Positions 1 through 11,869 of a stretch of DNA of 64,000 nt are shown here, one piece after another. Every line of letters starts with the position of its first letter. Within the stretch, counting starts at the first letter, position 1. Source of the stretch: Lama glama (Eukaryota); assembly GCA_028534125.1 (NCBI GenBank), contig CM052839.1, positions 10,540,001-10,604,000 on the forward strand, given 5' to 3'. The notes beneath the pieces were generated by a model, which saw only the letters and a list, made by a program, of their open reading frames with translations, was not told the DNA's origin and did not search any database. Made by a program: the position numbers and the translations under genes.

Positions 1-689
1 AGATGGAATAGAGTAATACATGTACAGAACCTAGACAATGCCTACGGTTTACTGAGTCTCTTACATTCATAACATTGGCACCAATCAGTGGCTCCAGGCA
101 TCCATGCCCTTCTCCGTCCGACCACGGCTTTTTTCTTTTTTCACTTTATTCCAGCCCCTGGAGGCTTCCCACCACACATATCCTAATTCTCAGCACAGAA
201 TGATTTCCAGGATCTCCCCTGAGTATCATCCAAGGGAGCTCCACATCCTTCTCCACTGGGCACACGGATAACTGAAAATGGGAATATTGTTGTGGGTGAA
301 GGTGCCCTTCCTGGTGGAGGTGGGGAACAGGACACAGCATCTTTCCACCTTTCCCCATCCTCACATTTTACTTAAAGCCTCAAACAGAGACTCCCTCGGG
401 GATCTAAGAGACGCAGGTGTGGATAGCGGCTTGGGTTGTGAGCTCTGCCTGTCAGTCCATCAGTGAGACAAGCACTGAAGCCAACAAGCAGCAGGAACAA
501 GTCCTCCAATGAAGAAATGCAATGGAGTATTTATTATCAGCCCCCTTTACACCTTCCACCTGGCCCTTTGCTCATTAAGCACAAAGATCATACATCATAG
601 AGACCTCCGTCTGGAAGTAATCTCAGGCTGATTCAGCGCCCATCACCTCCCATCTGCATTTCTGCAGTAGCCTCCTGTCTGAGTCCCTT

Positions 690-1034
690 CACTCTAACAA
701 ATTACCATTGACTGAGTGGCTTATAAACAGCAGAGATTGATTTCCCACAGTTCTGGAGGCTGGGAGTCTGGCAGTCAGGGTGACAGCATGGTTGGGTTCC
801 AGTGAGAGCCCTCTTGTGGGTTGCAGGCTGTCAACTTCTTGTGGTGCCCTCGTCAGGCAGAAAAAGGGCTGGAGAGCTCTGTGGGGTCTCTTTGATAAGG
901 ACACAAATCCCATCCATGAGGGCCCCACCCTCGTGACCTAATTACCTTCCAAAGGCCCCACCTCCAAATGCTATCACGTTGGGGGTCAGATTTTAACATG
1001 TGCATTTTGAGGGTGCAAACACTCAGCCCATAAC
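690..1034 (-). mobile_element. MaLR solo LTR (MLT1A-like)
   Basis: Typical segments: cacagttctggaggctgggagtc, cccatccatgagggccccaccctcgtgacctaattacctt, ending cccataaca. Confidence 0.8.
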
Positions 1035-2394
1035 ACCTGCAAACTGATTTCCCTTCCCCATTCTAGTCATTCTCAGTGATCAGGCCTTTGTCATATCACC
1101 TTCATGTCTGGGAACAAACACTCTGACTCTGGTAAAGCCAGAGTCTCCATCTAGCTTTCTTCTACCACCTTTCTTGCTCTCTTCCCCAGCCCACACCTTC
1201 TAACCCTCTGTCCTGCAAGTTCCACCCTCGCTCTTTATTCCTGGCTTTCCTTTACATGAAATAAATGCCTTCCTCTGATTTCCCATCTCCCGGTCCAAAA
1301 TCAAGTCTCTTTTGTAGCCTTGTTCAAGGTTGACCTTCTTTATGAAGCCTTCCTTAATTAGACTCTACAAAAATTTTCAAAATATTTTGTGGACCCTCTG
1401 CAATTACATATACATGTATTTACTATTTCGTTCAAAAATATCAAAATATCTACTGAACACCTACTGTGCGCAAGTAGGATTGTGTCAGATCCACCCCCAT
1501 ATCTCCCCAAGTGCCCAGCATGAGGGACTCATCTGTTCATCCAATAGATGCTGCCTGAGTGAAAGCACCATGTTAAACAACCTGGGAGATACTGAGTCCT
1601 CTATCACTCAACATTGAGACACTTACAACGCGACAGAAGATACAAGGTACACATACACGGAATTATAACACAAGTAGAAAGTGGCAAGTGCCCCCAGAAA
1701 TGATAAAGCATAAGGGGGTTCACAGTGAGGAGAGAGAACCTGCAGCTGAAGGGACTGGAGAAGGCGGCAGGGGAAGAGGTAGTTTTTTCGCTGACTTTGA
1801 AGGATGGATAACAATTGAGCAATAGCCAAGGGGATAGAGACGTTCCAGGAATGCAGGAAATTGCTCCATCGTGTGTAGATGGAACTCGGTGGAGAGGCCA
1901 GCAAGATGCTGTGTGCTGGGACCATTCTAAGGAGGGCACTTGCAGGAAAGCAGGCATGGGAGGGCAGGGGACCCTCACCGTTCCAAAGCTCCGCATAATG
2001 GTCCCCAGAAGAAGAGCACTCACTGCCTGAATTCCTGGCCTCCTATGTCCCTGGCAGCCTGGCTGGCTTCCGCTAAGCTGCATGCACTGATTGGATGATG
2101 CTTTGTAGGTGAAGGAACAGAAGGGCTGCAATGAGAAGCCAGAAGATTGTTGTCAATGAGGAGGTACAGGACGAGGAAGAGCTGCCTGCTCTGGGTTGAG
2201 ACGGGGGTAGCCTTCATAGGGCTGGGTGGGGTGGGTGCTAGAACAGGTCCTGTGGGTTAGAAATTATATGAGATGGTCTCCAAGTATTCGCCATTTATCA
2301 CCAGTTTGCAAAGAAGAGAACCTAGATCCCTCTAGAAACTCAGTCCAGCTCTGTAGTTGAGTCTGTTTGCACATTCTAGCAAAAGAGCAGCACG

Positions 2395-2595
2395 CTGTAG
2401 AGTTCAAGGGCACTGTGACTGGATTCTTTCGATGTGAGTTTGAATCCGGGTTCAGCCACTTATATGCTGTGTGATCTTGGGCAACTCAATTGTCATCAAT
2501 AAAATGTGAACGACCTCACAGAATTATTGTGAGGCTTCAGTGACATGATACTTGCAGGTCACTTAGCACAGTAAGTGCCTGACCCAACAAATGGT
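2395..2595 (+). mobile_element. MIR SINE relic
   Basis: MIR core gtttgaatccgggttcagccactta...tgtgtgatcttgggcaa...cacttagcacagt. Confidence 0.7.
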
Positions 2596-4945
2596 ACCTA
2601 ACAGGAAAAAAGGGGATTGTCTTTGTGCAAACACAGTGAAACTCCACATATGCTGGGAATTGTAACAATGCTCATGGTTTCTTGGGCCAGGCATGAGGCT
2701 TTGAATGACCTCCAGTTGGCACTGTAATGTAAAGAACACATGTGAAGATTAAAAATGGGCCCAGATCACAAAAAAATTTTTCACTTCTTAAAGGGAAATA
2801 TAGTGCTATGTCAGGCACACTCAGAGCTCATAGCAGTTACGGGATAAATGGAGATCCTCTGGTGACCCACTTTTTATTTGGGATATTTTGGGGTTTCCCC
2901 AAAGACTACATGCCCTCTAAATATTAATCATTGCTCTGTTCTAGTTATTTCAACTGGAGTCACCTTTTGTAATATTGAGCCACTTGGTGTCACCCAGTAG
3001 ATGGGTTGAGGACCCAGATCAAGCTCAGGAAATTATAGGATGGGGTGCCAATGGGTGGAGGTGAGAAGGGTCTGGAATTTGCCAGAGAGTCTCGCAACAA
3101 TCCCACCTTTGAGGGACCATCATAGGCCTTCAACCTCCTCAGGGAGCCCATCTGACATGCCAGCTTGGCCCCGTATCAGAGGCCAAGATCATGCCACCCT
3201 CCTGCCCTCCCCCAGAGCCCCCTCATCCCACACCTGGTACCCACACCCCATCCCGCTCCAAGTCATTCCAGGGCAGCCCAAGGTTGACTCTCCATGAGTG
3301 AGATTTAAATAGCTCTCCAGAATATGCTCAAGTCTATACTGCCAGGGGGATGATTAGTCCCCTGGAGCGGAGGGGACAGTAAATACTCTTTTGCGGTGAT
3401 GACAGTAACCGCTAGCAGAACAACCGCCGCTCGAGGCCTCTGGGCCCAGAGGAGCCCGAGCACTCCTGGAGAACGAATCCTGGCAGGTGGCAGGCAGCTC
3501 TCCCAGGGAGACCTGAGTCTGTCTTTTGAAGCGAATCTGGCAGAAGCACATTGTTTTCCTGTATGGGCGTGACAACCCATGTGACGCTGGTATTTTTTCA
3601 GGCAGCATTGGAAGTGAAAATCCTTGCCAGAAGTGGGGAAGTGGGGCAGGCCCACCGGGAAGGGGCTCACACAGGGCCAGGCTCTCAGGGGTGGGACCCA
3701 GAGGACCCTGGGTGGAAGCCTCGGAAGAGGAGACGCCTGAGGCAGAGAAGGGAGAACGGCCAGGAGCATAGGGATGGATGACCTCACAATGTCACTGGCC
3801 ACCAACCAGTCATCTTGGGAGCAATCCCACCTTCCGACACCGTGATTCACAGGCCTGCCCCTCTGCATCCACCTTTCCACGCCACCATGATGAAGAGGAT
3901 TGTGCCGGACGCATTAGAATGGCAATGAATCCTCAAGAAGAAGTGCGAGAGCGGTGGGGAAGGAGGGGTGCCTGACTGCTCCACACACGCATGTAAATAT
4001 TACAACCCGCAGACTTGGCTACGGGCCCAGAAAACCTGCGTCTCTGAGCTGAAGAAGAGGGAGAGAACAAGAAGAAAGCAGGATGGGCAACCGGGTATCA
4101 TCGCCATGGCCTCGTGCCCATTCTCCATCATTTACTCATTCATTTATCATTCGAAAAATTGCACGAGGGCCTCAGGGCGCCTGCTCAGGGAGCACTGTGT
4201 TAAAGTAAACACAAAAGAAGAAGAATGATCATTCACCACCTCCATCCATGTTCAGTGTTTTCAGAGCTGGGGAGAAGTGCCTTACATGCAGAAGTATTTA
4301 ATCAAAGAGAGAATGACTGAGACAGAGAAGTAAACCAGTGAAATAATACACAATTAGGCACCAAAAGCAAATGGTGGCAGTAACAAAGGCTCTGGGTATC
4401 AGAAGGGCAAGGAACATCACTGTGCCCTGCAGGACCCGACGATGACTTTACGGAGATGCAACTGGAGTTCTGTCCTCAAAGACTGGAAGGGTTTGGAGGA
4501 AGTGAGGAGGGAAAGAGAGATCTAGGTGGAAGGTGCTTCTGAGCAAAGCACTGAGGCGGTGACGGGGGTTGGGAACAGCGGAGGGAAACCCAGTCAACGT
4601 AAGACACTGGTGTGTTGGGTGAGATGAAATGGGCCTAAACCATGGGCAGCTTGGAAAATGCAGTGACCTCTGCATCATTTCTCAAAGTGTGGTCCAGATT
4701 CCAGCTGCAGACGTAGGATGCTTTTAAAAATGCTAATTCCTGGGGCCAGTCTCACGTCCTCTAAATTATAATTCATGGGATGGGGGAAGGGCTCAGAATT
4801 TTTTAAAAAATTAGTTTCTCAGGAGATGCTTGGGTATAATAGTTCAAAGTCTTTGGTGTCAGGCATTTAAGCTTTCACCTAGTGGTAGTTTGTAATAATT
4901 AAAGGCTAAAGGCCAGGATGAAATTAGCATTTAAGAAAGACTATT

Positions 4946-5334
4946 AATATACTACTCAGCCATAAAAAAGAATGAGATTTTGCCCTTTGCAGCAACAGGG
5001 ATGGACTTGGACGGCATGATGCTCAGTGAAATAAGTCAGAGGAAGATAAATACTGCATGAGATCGCCTATCTGTGGAATCTAAAAAATACAACCAACTAG
5101 TGAATATCACATAAAAGAGGCAGACTCACAGATACGGAGAACAAACTAGTGGTTACCAGTGGGGAAGTGGGGAGGGGCAATATAGGGGTGAGGGAGGGGG
5201 AGGTACAAACTCCTGGGTTCAAGATAGGCTGAAAGGATGTATTGTACAACACGGGGAACATAGCCGATATTCTGTAATAATTGTAAATGGAAAGTAACCT
5301 TTAAAAACTGTATAAAATTTTTTTAAAAATTTAA
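4946..5334 (+). mobile_element. 5'-truncated L1 3' end with target-site duplication, nested in an L2 relic
   Basis: tactactcagccataaaaaagaatgagattttgccctttgcagcaac... through an A-rich tail. TSD AAGAAAGACTATT (4933-4945) / AAGACAGACTATT (5335-5347). Confidence 0.88.
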
Positions 5335-6391
5335 AAGACAGACTATTCTAGCAAAGTGCACAAGGTGAACCCAAATGGGCAAAGACTGGAGGCAGAGTGG
5401 AAATCAAGAGGCTATTGTAGCATTCATTTCCAGGGTGTGGTGATGAGCCCTGAGACTTGAGAATCTATAAACCGTATGCACATTACATCTTTGTTTTGTA
5501 CTCTCAAGATCCCGTGGATCTAGTCATTGTTTATGACTTTGGATATTATTTGCACCCTGCAACCTTCCTGTGACTCACTAACCGGAAATTGCTTTTGCTA
5601 CATCTATCACTGAGTTCACACCAGAAATGTTCAGCACCAACCAAATCAGTCCTCTTCTCTTCCACCCACCGCCCTTCAAATATGCACATAAGCAAACACA
5701 CAGATGCAGCAACGGACGCATACACACGCAAGCACGCAGTTTATCTGCTCCACAGACAAAACTAGCCACTTCCCTTCACTGTGGAACCAGACATCACTGT
5801 GAGGAAACCCAGCGTCAGCTCCAGCAGCTTCCACAGCTGCAGAGGTGGGGGAGGACACTCAGATTCTAAGAGACCTGTACACCGCTGATGGTCCACATGC
5901 TTTCTGCGGGCTGAGGGCCCCCCACTTTGCTTCTCTGCTTCCTTCAAGCAGCCTTGGAACTCCAATGGAAATTGTTTTGTCGCTTTATAGTCTTGTCAGC
6001 ATATCGATCCCTGAGTCCTGAGCGCTAATTAATTGTTATGTTATCCAGCTCAATCCATCAGGAGGCGGACGGCCCTGACTGGGCACAGTGCCAAGGCCCC
6101 AGAGTCCCTGAAGGAGCAGGGGGAGGGGGAGACTGGTAATTGAGGGAGTGGAGATGCGATCCGTTGATAAGTCCAAGGAGAGACAGGATGCCAAATCCAA
6201 CAGACTGTCTACAATCAGTCTAGAGAGGAGCTCCAGGCAAATTCGTGGAATCCTTATCCTCCCTACTCTTTGTACATCTCAGATTCTGCTCTTGACTCTT
6301 CCACATCAACACCGAGCTGCCCACACACCCCAAAACTCCATCCATCACCTAGATCACCATCTGCCCAAACGCCCCCAGACCATCTTCAGAA

Positions 6392-6903
6392 TGTAGTAGG
6401 GTGGCGTTTATCAGAAGGAGGTGGTAAGTCTGTGCTGGACAGTTTGACCCTCTATGTTGACCCCTCACCCAACTCAGTCTCCCGGGGGCTGACCTTTATG
6501 GATTGCTTCAGTGGGATATTTTGTTCCGAGGATGTTAGTTGGGTTTGGTAAACGGGAAATCCTGGAAAGAGAGCAAAGGGATGGAGGAGAGAAGTTGGGA
6601 TACTTGTTTCCCAGGCTACCTTCTAGTACATTCATGGGGGACTGGCTTTGTCCCTCAACCAAAGGTCAGGGGCCTCTCTACACAGCTCCCTCTCACTTTG
6701 TGCTGCTGAAGCCACTCCCTTCGTTCACACCAGTCAGGCCAGGTTTGGATAAAGTCCCCCACTCTTACTAGATCCAGGGCTCTGTACTGTCCCTCATGGG
6801 TTTCTTATGTCCTGCTCACACCTTTGAAAATGATTCCTTTACTAAAGTCTCTTTAAAATACCCAGTTGGATGTGGATCTGTCCTGTCTGCAGCCTGACTG
6901 TTA
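6392..6903 (+). mobile_element. Old ERVL-class LTR (LTR33-like)
   Basis: Segments gggggctgacctttatggattgc and cctgctcacacctttgaaaatgattcctttactaaagtctc resemble recalled LTR33. Confidence 0.5.
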
Positions 6904-8429
6904 GGTGAAAAAAAATCGTCAGAATGACTAACACAGTGGGTTATTTATGGCTAGAGTTCTCGGAGCTTTTAACACGCATGGTGAATATCCAAGAGGAAGC
7001 ATACAGTGTGTAGAATCCAAAGCTTATTTGACCCAGTACCGCTCTCCATTTTCCTCCCATCCCTAGAGTTCAGAGTAAGCATTTCAGGAAAGCCAGATGT
7101 ACACTGACAGCCAAGTACATACATCTAGCAAAGAGGGGCAGCGCCACCAGGGAACACACGGCTCTTTGGGACCTCTGCTGGAGAACACAAGGCAGTCTCT
7201 GTAAGCAGCACACAAACTCTCAGACAATGATGCACCACGAAAGAACTTGTAAGACCTAGCCCTTTGTCTGCCACCAACCTTGCGATCTTGGGCAGGTCAC
7301 TTGACTTGTCTGGGCCTCTTTTCTCATCTGTAAAACGAGACACTGAGCTTGACCAGCAGATTGTAAACTTGTGGACCCTGGAACTGTTTCTCCAGATGAA
7401 ATCTTTGGTACAAGCCCAATACAGAAGACAGATGGAAACCAGGCTGCTCTGGGTGAGGTCAGGGTCAGGGCGACACTGCCGAAACTTCGCCCACCAGACC
7501 CTGTCTCTCATACAGCAGCCCTGGAGGCAAGTCCAAGGAACCCACGAGATTTCTTGGAGCTAGTTTTGGAAACATTGTTCTAGAGGGGCCCATACGTGCC
7601 TGCTTTGATGTGGGCACCAGGTGGTTTTTACCGGAATTGGTGTTGCCCCCTCCCTTCCAGAAGAGATAAAGGGACCACTGAGCCTTGCACTTCTGGCAAA
7701 GCCCACAAAATGCCCTGTGTAGAATTTTTCTCTTTATTTCTGAAAGTATGTCAGCTTTTAAGCAACAAGGAATCCCCTTTATCTCAGGGTAAAGGAATGT
7801 GGGAGCCTGTTATACCCTTCTAGGAAGTGTCTTCAATACCAAATGACTTTCCCAGCCAATATTCTAACTATTAAAATGTGTGAATGAGTCTGAAATCTGG
7901 ACACGATCTCATTCTCCCGAGGTACAAAATGTTCAGCCCAAAATGTATTTGGGGTTTCATCAAAAGGTTTGAAGACACCGTTAAGCCCCCTTGAGCCAAA
8001 GCTCCCCTTTCTTCCCGACCTCCCTCCAGCATCTGTTTTGCTGAGCGCTGAGGTCTCCAGGCTACTAGGAAGACTCCATAAGCCTGGCAGAGAAACAGGG
8101 AGCAGGGGTGTGATCAGAGAAAGTATCGCAAAACCTGGATGAGGCTAGCCACAGCCCGGTGAGAAGGTGAGCAAATCCTCTCCTCATAAAACAACTACAA
8201 AGCTGGACAGAGTTGATACAAACAGCCATTTCAGTGCTCTGGAAATTGACCAAAAAGCATACAACACTCTGAGAAGGGTTTATGTGCAGAAAATCTCTGA
8301 GGAGTATGTGACACTGCTGCCCAGAACCCCTCCCAGCCTCCCCCCAGATCGCTCGTCACAGAGGGGTAGGCTATGAGCACCGGCAGCTGGGCTATGCTAG
8401 GTCAGCAGGGACTCACCACGTACAGAGGA

Positions 8430-10823
8430 GCAGCAACATGATTAATGCTGACTTCTCATCTGAAGCGATGGAGGCCAGAGGCACTTGGGAAGAACTATTT
8501 GAAGTATTTCCAACTTAGGAGAGACCTAAAAGAAAAACTATCAACCAAGAATTCTATATTCAGCAAAATTAACCTTCAAAAGTGAAGGTGAAATGAAGAC
8601 ATTCTCAGATAAACAAAGACTGAGAAAGGTCTTTGATAGCAGACTTGACTTGCAAGAAATACTAAAGAAAATTCCTGGGCTGAAAGGAAACGGGGAGCAA
8701 TTCAAATTCACGGGAAGAAACGTAAAACATCAGAAACGATAAATATGCGGTTAATGTGAGAAACTCAACACAAACACTTTTCTCTTGCCTTCTCTCAACT
8801 TTTTGAAAAGACATACAATTTTATAAATAATTTTAATGCTGTGTCATTGGATATAACATATATACAGATATCAGAATAGAGGATACCAGTTGTACATCCA
8901 TTTTTGTTCCCCTGGTTTCTGCTGCATGTGCAATAAATCCAGTTTGAAGTGTCAAAAAAAAGGGAATGGATGATAAGCAGATAGGTAGGTAAGTAGATAG
9001 ACAGATAATATATGACAATGATAGTAAAATATGGGCAGGTTCGTTGGAGCAGTATTGGGGAAAGTTTCCATGTGCTACTGGAAATAAGGTAGTTCTAAAG
9101 ATTAAAAAGGTGCGTGGCTGTGTACTAAAGAGCAAAGATGTATACTATAATCCCTAGAGCAACTACTGAGAAAATAACTTTTAAAATACAGTAAAAAATG
9201 TCAAAGGAATTAAACAGTACAATATAAATAGAAACCTGTTATGCTCATGAGTTGAAAGATTCAACAGAGCAAACATGACAATTCTCTCCAAATAATATAC
9301 AGATTTAACACAATTCCTATCAACACCTTCACAAGATTTTTTTTAGATACAGACAATATTATTCTAAAATTTATGTGGAAAGGCAGAAAAGCTAGAATAG
9401 CTAAAATAATTTTTAAAAGGAAAAACAAAGTGGAGGGGATCAGTCTACTCAATTTCAAGAAATATCAAGTAGTCACAATAATCAAGACTGGCTGGTATTG
9501 GCAGAGGAATAGACATGTAGATCAACGGAACAGAGCAGAAAACCCAGAAACAAACCCACACAAATGTGTCCACCTGATTTTTTGACAAATGAGCAAAAGC
9601 AATTAAGTGAAGGAAAGAGAGCCTTTTCAAAATATGATGCTGAAGCAATTGAATATCTGATCTGCAACCCAAAAACAAACAACAACAACAAGAAACCCTC
9701 AATATAAGTCTCATATCTTATGTAGAAATTAACTCTAAATGGATCATGACTTCAATGTAAATATAAAACATCTAGGGGAAAAAGGAGAAAATCTTTGGGA
9801 CCTAGGGCAAGGAAAAGAGTTTTTAGACCCAAAACCAAAGCACAATCTATAAAAGAAAAAACAAGATAAATTGGACTTCATCAAAATGTGAAGTTTTATT
9901 CTGCAAAAGACCCTGTTAAAAGGATGACATGATAAGCTATAGATTAGGAGAAAATATTTACAAACCATATATCCTTTGCAAATAACTATTATGTGGCATA
10001 TAGAAAGAATCCCCCAAATTTAACAGGAAAATGCAAACAATCTGATTAGAAAGTGAGCAAAAGCAATCAATATGTCACTGAAGAAGATATACAGATGAAA
10101 AATATGCATATGAAAACATCATTAGCCATTAGGGGAATGCAAATCAAAGCCACAATGAGATATCACCACATAGCTATCATGGCTGAAAATGGCTAAAATA
10201 AAAAAATGGCAACAACGCCAAATGCTGGCAAGGATGTGGAGAAACTGGATCACTCATTAATTCCTGGTGGGAATGTAAAATGGTCTAGCACTCTGGAAAA
10301 CAGTCTGGCAGGTTCTTAAAAAACAAAACGTAGCTACTATACGGTCCAGCAACTGCACTCCTAAGCATCTATCCCAGATAAATAAAGACTTATTTGGACA
10401 CATAAGCCTTCACATGAATGTTTATAGCAGCTCTATTCATAATATCACAAAACCGAAAACAAGCCAGATGTCCTTCAACAGATGAATAGTTAAATGGTGG
10501 TGCATCCATACCACAGAATATTTACTACTCTGAAATTAAAAAACAAAAGAATCAACTATTGATGAATTCCTGGATGAGTCTCCAGAGAACTATGCTTGAT
10601 GAAAAAAATCCAGTCCAAAAGGTTACACACTGTATGAATCCATGCATATAACACTTTCAAAATGACAAAATTATAGAAATGATGGACAGGTTAAGGGTTG
10701 CTAGGGGTTAATGTTGGGGGAATGCAGAAAGGAAGTGGGTGCAGCTTTAAAAGGGTAACATGAGGAATCCGCCTAGTGATGGAGGTGTTCTGTACCTTGA
10801 CTGTATCAATGTCAGTATTCTCG
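8430..10823 (+). mobile_element. Decayed old L1 (ORF1 3' part, ORF2 3' part and L1MC-type 3' UTR)
   Basis: gctgacttctcatctgaagcgatggaggccagaggca (ORF1). ORF 9373-9585 reads ...IKTGWYWQRNRHVDQRNRAENPE (ORF2 C-terminal region). Many stops and frameshifts. Confidence 0.88.
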
Positions 10824-11069
10824 GGTTTTTTTAAATTTTTATTGCTATTTTTATTCATATTTTTAATATCAAAAGGGGATAAATGAGAAATTTTCATGTT
10901 ATAATGATTTTGTTTCCCTATGGGAACTTATAATTATGGGATTACAATGACAAATATTTGAAAAAAGAAATACTCCATATTATTTTTCTCATCTAAGCAT
11001 TATGTATGTCACATTATATATAATACATATATGATATTTTACTTTTTATGTTGCTAATTCAATTTAGTT

Positions 11070-11316
11070 TTATTGTTATTATTTTATTTTATTATTTTTT
11101 TAACATTTTTTATTGACTTATAATCATTTTACAATGTTGTGTCAAATTCCACTGTTCAGCACAATTTTTCAGTCATTCATGGACATATACACACTCATTG
11201 TCACATTTTTTTCTCTGTGAGTTATCATAACATTTTGTGTATATTTCCCTGTGCTATACAGTGTAATCTTGTTTATCTATTCTACAATTTTGAAATCCCA
11301 GTCTATCCCTTCCCAC
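11070..11316 (-). mobile_element. Young L1 3' end (camelid-like) running into the assembly gap
   Basis: T-rich tail then ttttttattgacttataatcattttacaatgttgtgtcaaattcc...tcccagtctatcccttcccac, adjacent to the N run. Confidence 0.8.
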
Positions 11317-11816
11317 NNNNNNNNNNNNNNNNNNNNNNNNNNNNNNNNNNNNNNNNNNNNNNNNNNNNNNNNNNNNNNNNNNNNNNNNNNNNNNNNNNNN
11401 NNNNNNNNNNNNNNNNNNNNNNNNNNNNNNNNNNNNNNNNNNNNNNNNNNNNNNNNNNNNNNNNNNNNNNNNNNNNNNNNNNNNNNNNNNNNNNNNNNNN
11501 NNNNNNNNNNNNNNNNNNNNNNNNNNNNNNNNNNNNNNNNNNNNNNNNNNNNNNNNNNNNNNNNNNNNNNNNNNNNNNNNNNNNNNNNNNNNNNNNNNNN
11601 NNNNNNNNNNNNNNNNNNNNNNNNNNNNNNNNNNNNNNNNNNNNNNNNNNNNNNNNNNNNNNNNNNNNNNNNNNNNNNNNNNNNNNNNNNNNNNNNNNNN
11701 NNNNNNNNNNNNNNNNNNNNNNNNNNNNNNNNNNNNNNNNNNNNNNNNNNNNNNNNNNNNNNNNNNNNNNNNNNNNNNNNNNNNNNNNNNNNNNNNNNNN
11801 NNNNNNNNNNNNNNNN
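11317..11816. other. Assembly gap (500 N)
   Basis: Run of N; the poly-X ORFs across it are artefacts. Confidence 1.
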
Positions 11817-11869
11817 TAGCTATCCAGGCAACCCAGAATGTGCCGAATTGCATAGGTAAATGTTCTTAA

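Noticed and set aside
3305-3880. 191-aa minus ORF and a C-box-like GTGATGA at ~3396
   Set aside because: No protein similarity or exon structure; no terminal stem or properly paired D box for a snoRNA.
11139-11859. Long ORFs of 199-226 aa
   Set aside because: They consist almost entirely of X residues from the 500-N gap.
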